Below are positions 61,268-64,000 of a stretch of DNA of 64,000 bases, piece after piece (the stretch's first letter is position 1; each line of letters opens with the position of its first letter). The DNA is from Batkoa obscura (lineage: Eukaryota). The DNA lies in the NCBI GenBank assembly GCA_030770535.1, contig JASVEC010000017.1, forward strand, positions 62,001-126,000. The letters run 5' to 3'. Below the pieces are notes generated by a model. That model did not search any database. It was not told the DNA's origin and saw nothing but the letters and a program-made list of their open reading frames with translations. Position numbers and translations under genes: made by a program.

Positions 61268-62668
61268 TTATTTACTAATTTTTAGCGGATGAGCTTCCGT
61301 ATTAAACACCCATTGATCCAAATCGATGACCTCCCTTTCTTCAAATATAAGATAAAAATACTTCATAGTCTCAGCCAAAAAGAATGACTCCATAATATCT
61401 AACTGATTTTTACTTTTATCTACATCCATGACATCCTGATACACTGTAAACCCAGTTTCGGATTTGGAATACGTTAAAAAGCTTTGAAAGATACTCCAAG
61501 CCCAATCTTGATACTTTTTATCCCCAGTCATCTTATAGGCATAAAATAATGACTCGATTAGCTCAGGACGTAATGAGTTGTTTGGCACCCTCACAGATAA
61601 ATCCCTGCTACTTGAAAAGCTTACCACCTCAGGTCCAAGCCCAGTGGTGGTGATTTGATACGCATGATAGCAAGATTCTAACAGCTCTAAGCCCAATGCT
61701 TGATAATCACTTGATCCAGTGACTCTACTTGCCAAGGATAGCAACCCAGGTAGAAAGAAAGTAAGGTGATCCATATCTTGCTGAAAGTTCCCGTTATTAT
61801 CAATCCTTCCTAAGTAAAGATAGTCCATATTACCTCTCCTTAATAGCGATTTAAGTCCGACCATACTCTGTTGAAACATAGTCAAGTATTTATTATCACT
61901 CTGTGTGCTCCCTAACAAGATGTGTAACTTCAATAGATACTCATAATATGAGTCTCCAAGCGCACCAAATGAAATCTCCTTACTATCAAATTGTCCAGTA
62001 ACGACGTTCAGATATAAGGGATATAATCCAGTGCTAGGCTTCTTTAGTAAATCCAATAAATCATACACTTTGAGTGCAGCATTTTTATATTTTGGATCTC
62101 CAGTAATCACGCTTAATCGAGTAAACTCTAATTGTACAGAGCCAATTTCTGCTAAAATCACTCGATTTTTATTGTAATCAGGCTGTTTGCTATTAAAATC
62201 AATTCTATAAAATGGCAATCCTGATGGTGAATTAAATGCTGGTAGTAAAGCATCTGCAAGTTGCACAGCTTTTTCTAACAAAATTTTATGTCCTGATAAA
62301 TCATAACTTGATACTAATCCCCCAAGGTAACGTATTACTGTCTCAAAAAATAACACCTGTCCATTTGATTTACTAAAGTTGACTTTACCTATCCTTTCCA
62401 CACATTGGTCAAATTCGTCATGGTACCCCATAAGATATAATGTAGTCATACTGTCCACCATTGTTAAACCCCAGCCTTGGAAGCGATCATTGACGGTGGC
62501 GTTGGTCAAAGGACGTAATTCATCACTACCAAAAGCGTGTCGCTTGTAGCCGCTCCAGGCGTGCATAAAACCATTACGAATTTCGTTGAGTTGTTCAGGA
62601 GTGGTTAGAATTGAATTAGATAGAAATAAAATTGGAAATAAAATGTTGGTGATAGTGGTTAGTAGCAT
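61268..62668 (-). CDS. GH47 class I alpha-1,2-mannosidase
   Basis: HAWSGYKRHAFGSDELRP, FETVIRYLGGL, LEFTRLS, DSYYEYLLK, LRPELIES, MESFFLAETMKY, NTEAHPL; N-terminal signal peptide. Confidence 0.95.
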   Translation of the reverse strand: MLLTTITNILFPILFLSNSILTTPEQLNEIRNGFMHAWSGYKRHAFGSDELRPLTNATVNDRFQGWGLTMVDSMTTLYLMGYHDEFDQCVERIGKVNFSKSNGQVLFFETVIRYLGGLVSSYDLSGHKILLEKAVQLADALLPAFNSPSGLPFYRIDFNSKQPDYNKNRVILAEIGSVQLEFTRLSVITGDPKYKNAALKVYDLLDLLKKPSTGLYPLYLNVVTGQFDSKEISFGALGDSYYEYLLKLHILLGSTQSDNKYLTMFQQSMVGLKSLLRRGNMDYLYLGRIDNNGNFQQDMDHLTFFLPGLLSLASRVTGSSDYQALGLELLESCYHAYQITTTGLGPEVVSFSSSRDLSVRVPNNSLRPELIESLFYAYKMTGDKKYQDWAWSIFQSFLTYSKSETGFTVYQDVMDVDKSKNQLDIMESFFLAETMKYFYLIFEEREVIDLDQWVFNTEAHPLKISK

Positions 62669-64000
62669 AATGTTGTTTATTTAGTGATGAGATTGGTGGC
62701 GGATTAGTGAAGTAAAAAGACTGGTTTCTTATATAAGTAAAGGTTTTTACATTGTTTTTATATTTTATTTTATTGAGTTTTTAATGCACGTTGGTTTTCG
62801 AATGTTTGTTTGCTTATTTTGGGCTTAACTCATTCTTCCCCTAGCCAAGATTAATTCTTTTTTTTTAATGCTGTAACGGACTTTTTTATATTAAATTTTG
62901 ACTGCCATTTTTAGCTTTTGACAGCCTAAAATGAGTTTTTAAAAGCTTCTGTAGGGCTAATTTAGAAAATTGGTCTAAATAAGGGATAGACAAATTCATT
63001 ATGAAAGTATATTTTTACAAAACGACTCACATTTCAATAAAATGGTAAGTGGATGTAATAAATACCATATCCCCAATATTGAAAAAATGTATAAAAAGAA
63101 TATAATTTTATAATTTCGGTATTCACAATCTTTAAAAAACTATTAATTAAAGTTATCACTTCATCATTAATGAAATAAATATAAAAACTAATTCAGGTGA
63201 TTGAAAAAAGGGTATTTGTCCATTATGATAAGCATATGAATTAGAATAAAATGTAAAACACTAAATTAAGACGCACATAAAATTCTAGATTTTCAACTTT
63301 TTAATATTGAGTTTCAGATTTGTGTATTTTATTATTCTATTTCATATAAATAGTTATTCTAATATAAAGTTATGACCTTGAAATGTTGATATGAACTAAT
63401 TTATAGGAAAAAAGTGGTGAAATGTTACTTTTGTAACTATCCTCATTGCTGAGGTGTTAATATTAGGAACATAGTTTTAGAATAAATCATAGCCTTAATA
63501 TAATACTCATATTAAAATCATTTAATGAAAAATTATCAACTTGAACTATTAATGAAATAGAATAATATGTTACCAGATTTGACTTAGTCTAATTAAAAAG
63601 TGAAATGGTAATTCTACCATATAAACCTATGCTAAATGGTAGTTTTTCTATTTCTAACTAAATTTACCCTAATGATTTTTAATAACGACTCCATTCAATC
63701 TGTTACAAGCATAAGTCAAAATATAACATTCAATCAATAAACAGAACATTAAAGGGATGGTAAAGTACTTGAATGCAGTATATATTATTGTATTGAGGTA
63801 AATTATGGAACCATCCTTGATTAATGTAATAATTATATCGCATTTATAGTAATTTACTGCCGAACTTTGGGTTTATTAAGGCGAGTTATAATTAGTCACA
63901 TTTAAACGAAGCTTCTTAAATTTATCCATAGCTAAATAAACAAGTTGCCTTAATAAAATACTTCTAAACCAACCACATTAGTTTGCTCCATTTTATTTAT

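Noticed and set aside
57666..62668. GT15 mannosyltransferase and GH47 mannosidase as a glycosylation cluster
   Set aside because: Both belong to multi-copy families and are separated by DBP8; proximity alone is weak evidence.
1..64000. tRNA, rRNA or snRNA genes
   Set aside because: None recognised by eye; tRNAscan-SE and Infernal would be needed to exclude them.

Overview
A very AT-rich eukaryotic genomic window with short GT-AG introns and poly-Asn/(AAT)n tracts. The gene set (Era GTPase, CC2D1/Lgd, KRE2-type GT15, tyrosinase, DPP5) suggests an early-diverging fungus, possibly Entomophthoromycotina-like; this is inference. It holds about 17 protein-coding genes and two clear pseudogenes. 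The most unusual feature is a cluster of three highly diverged Nup155/Nup170-like nucleoporin genes (21966-25639 +, 26184-30391 +, 36116-40834 -) that each splice by hand into an intact ORF and share intron positions. Also present are a family of secreted Ser/Thr-rich proteins with a conserved CLPLN..YWA..LLPKPAQEA motif (two genes, one pseudogene), a probably inactive PA/M28 membrane protein, and a head-to-head Era/RMND1 pair. Mobile DNA includes a ~100-bp MITE-like repeat in 10 copies, two other foldback elements, and a 5'-truncated LINE with an 18-bp target-site duplication. All family calls come from motifs recognised by eye, not database searches.
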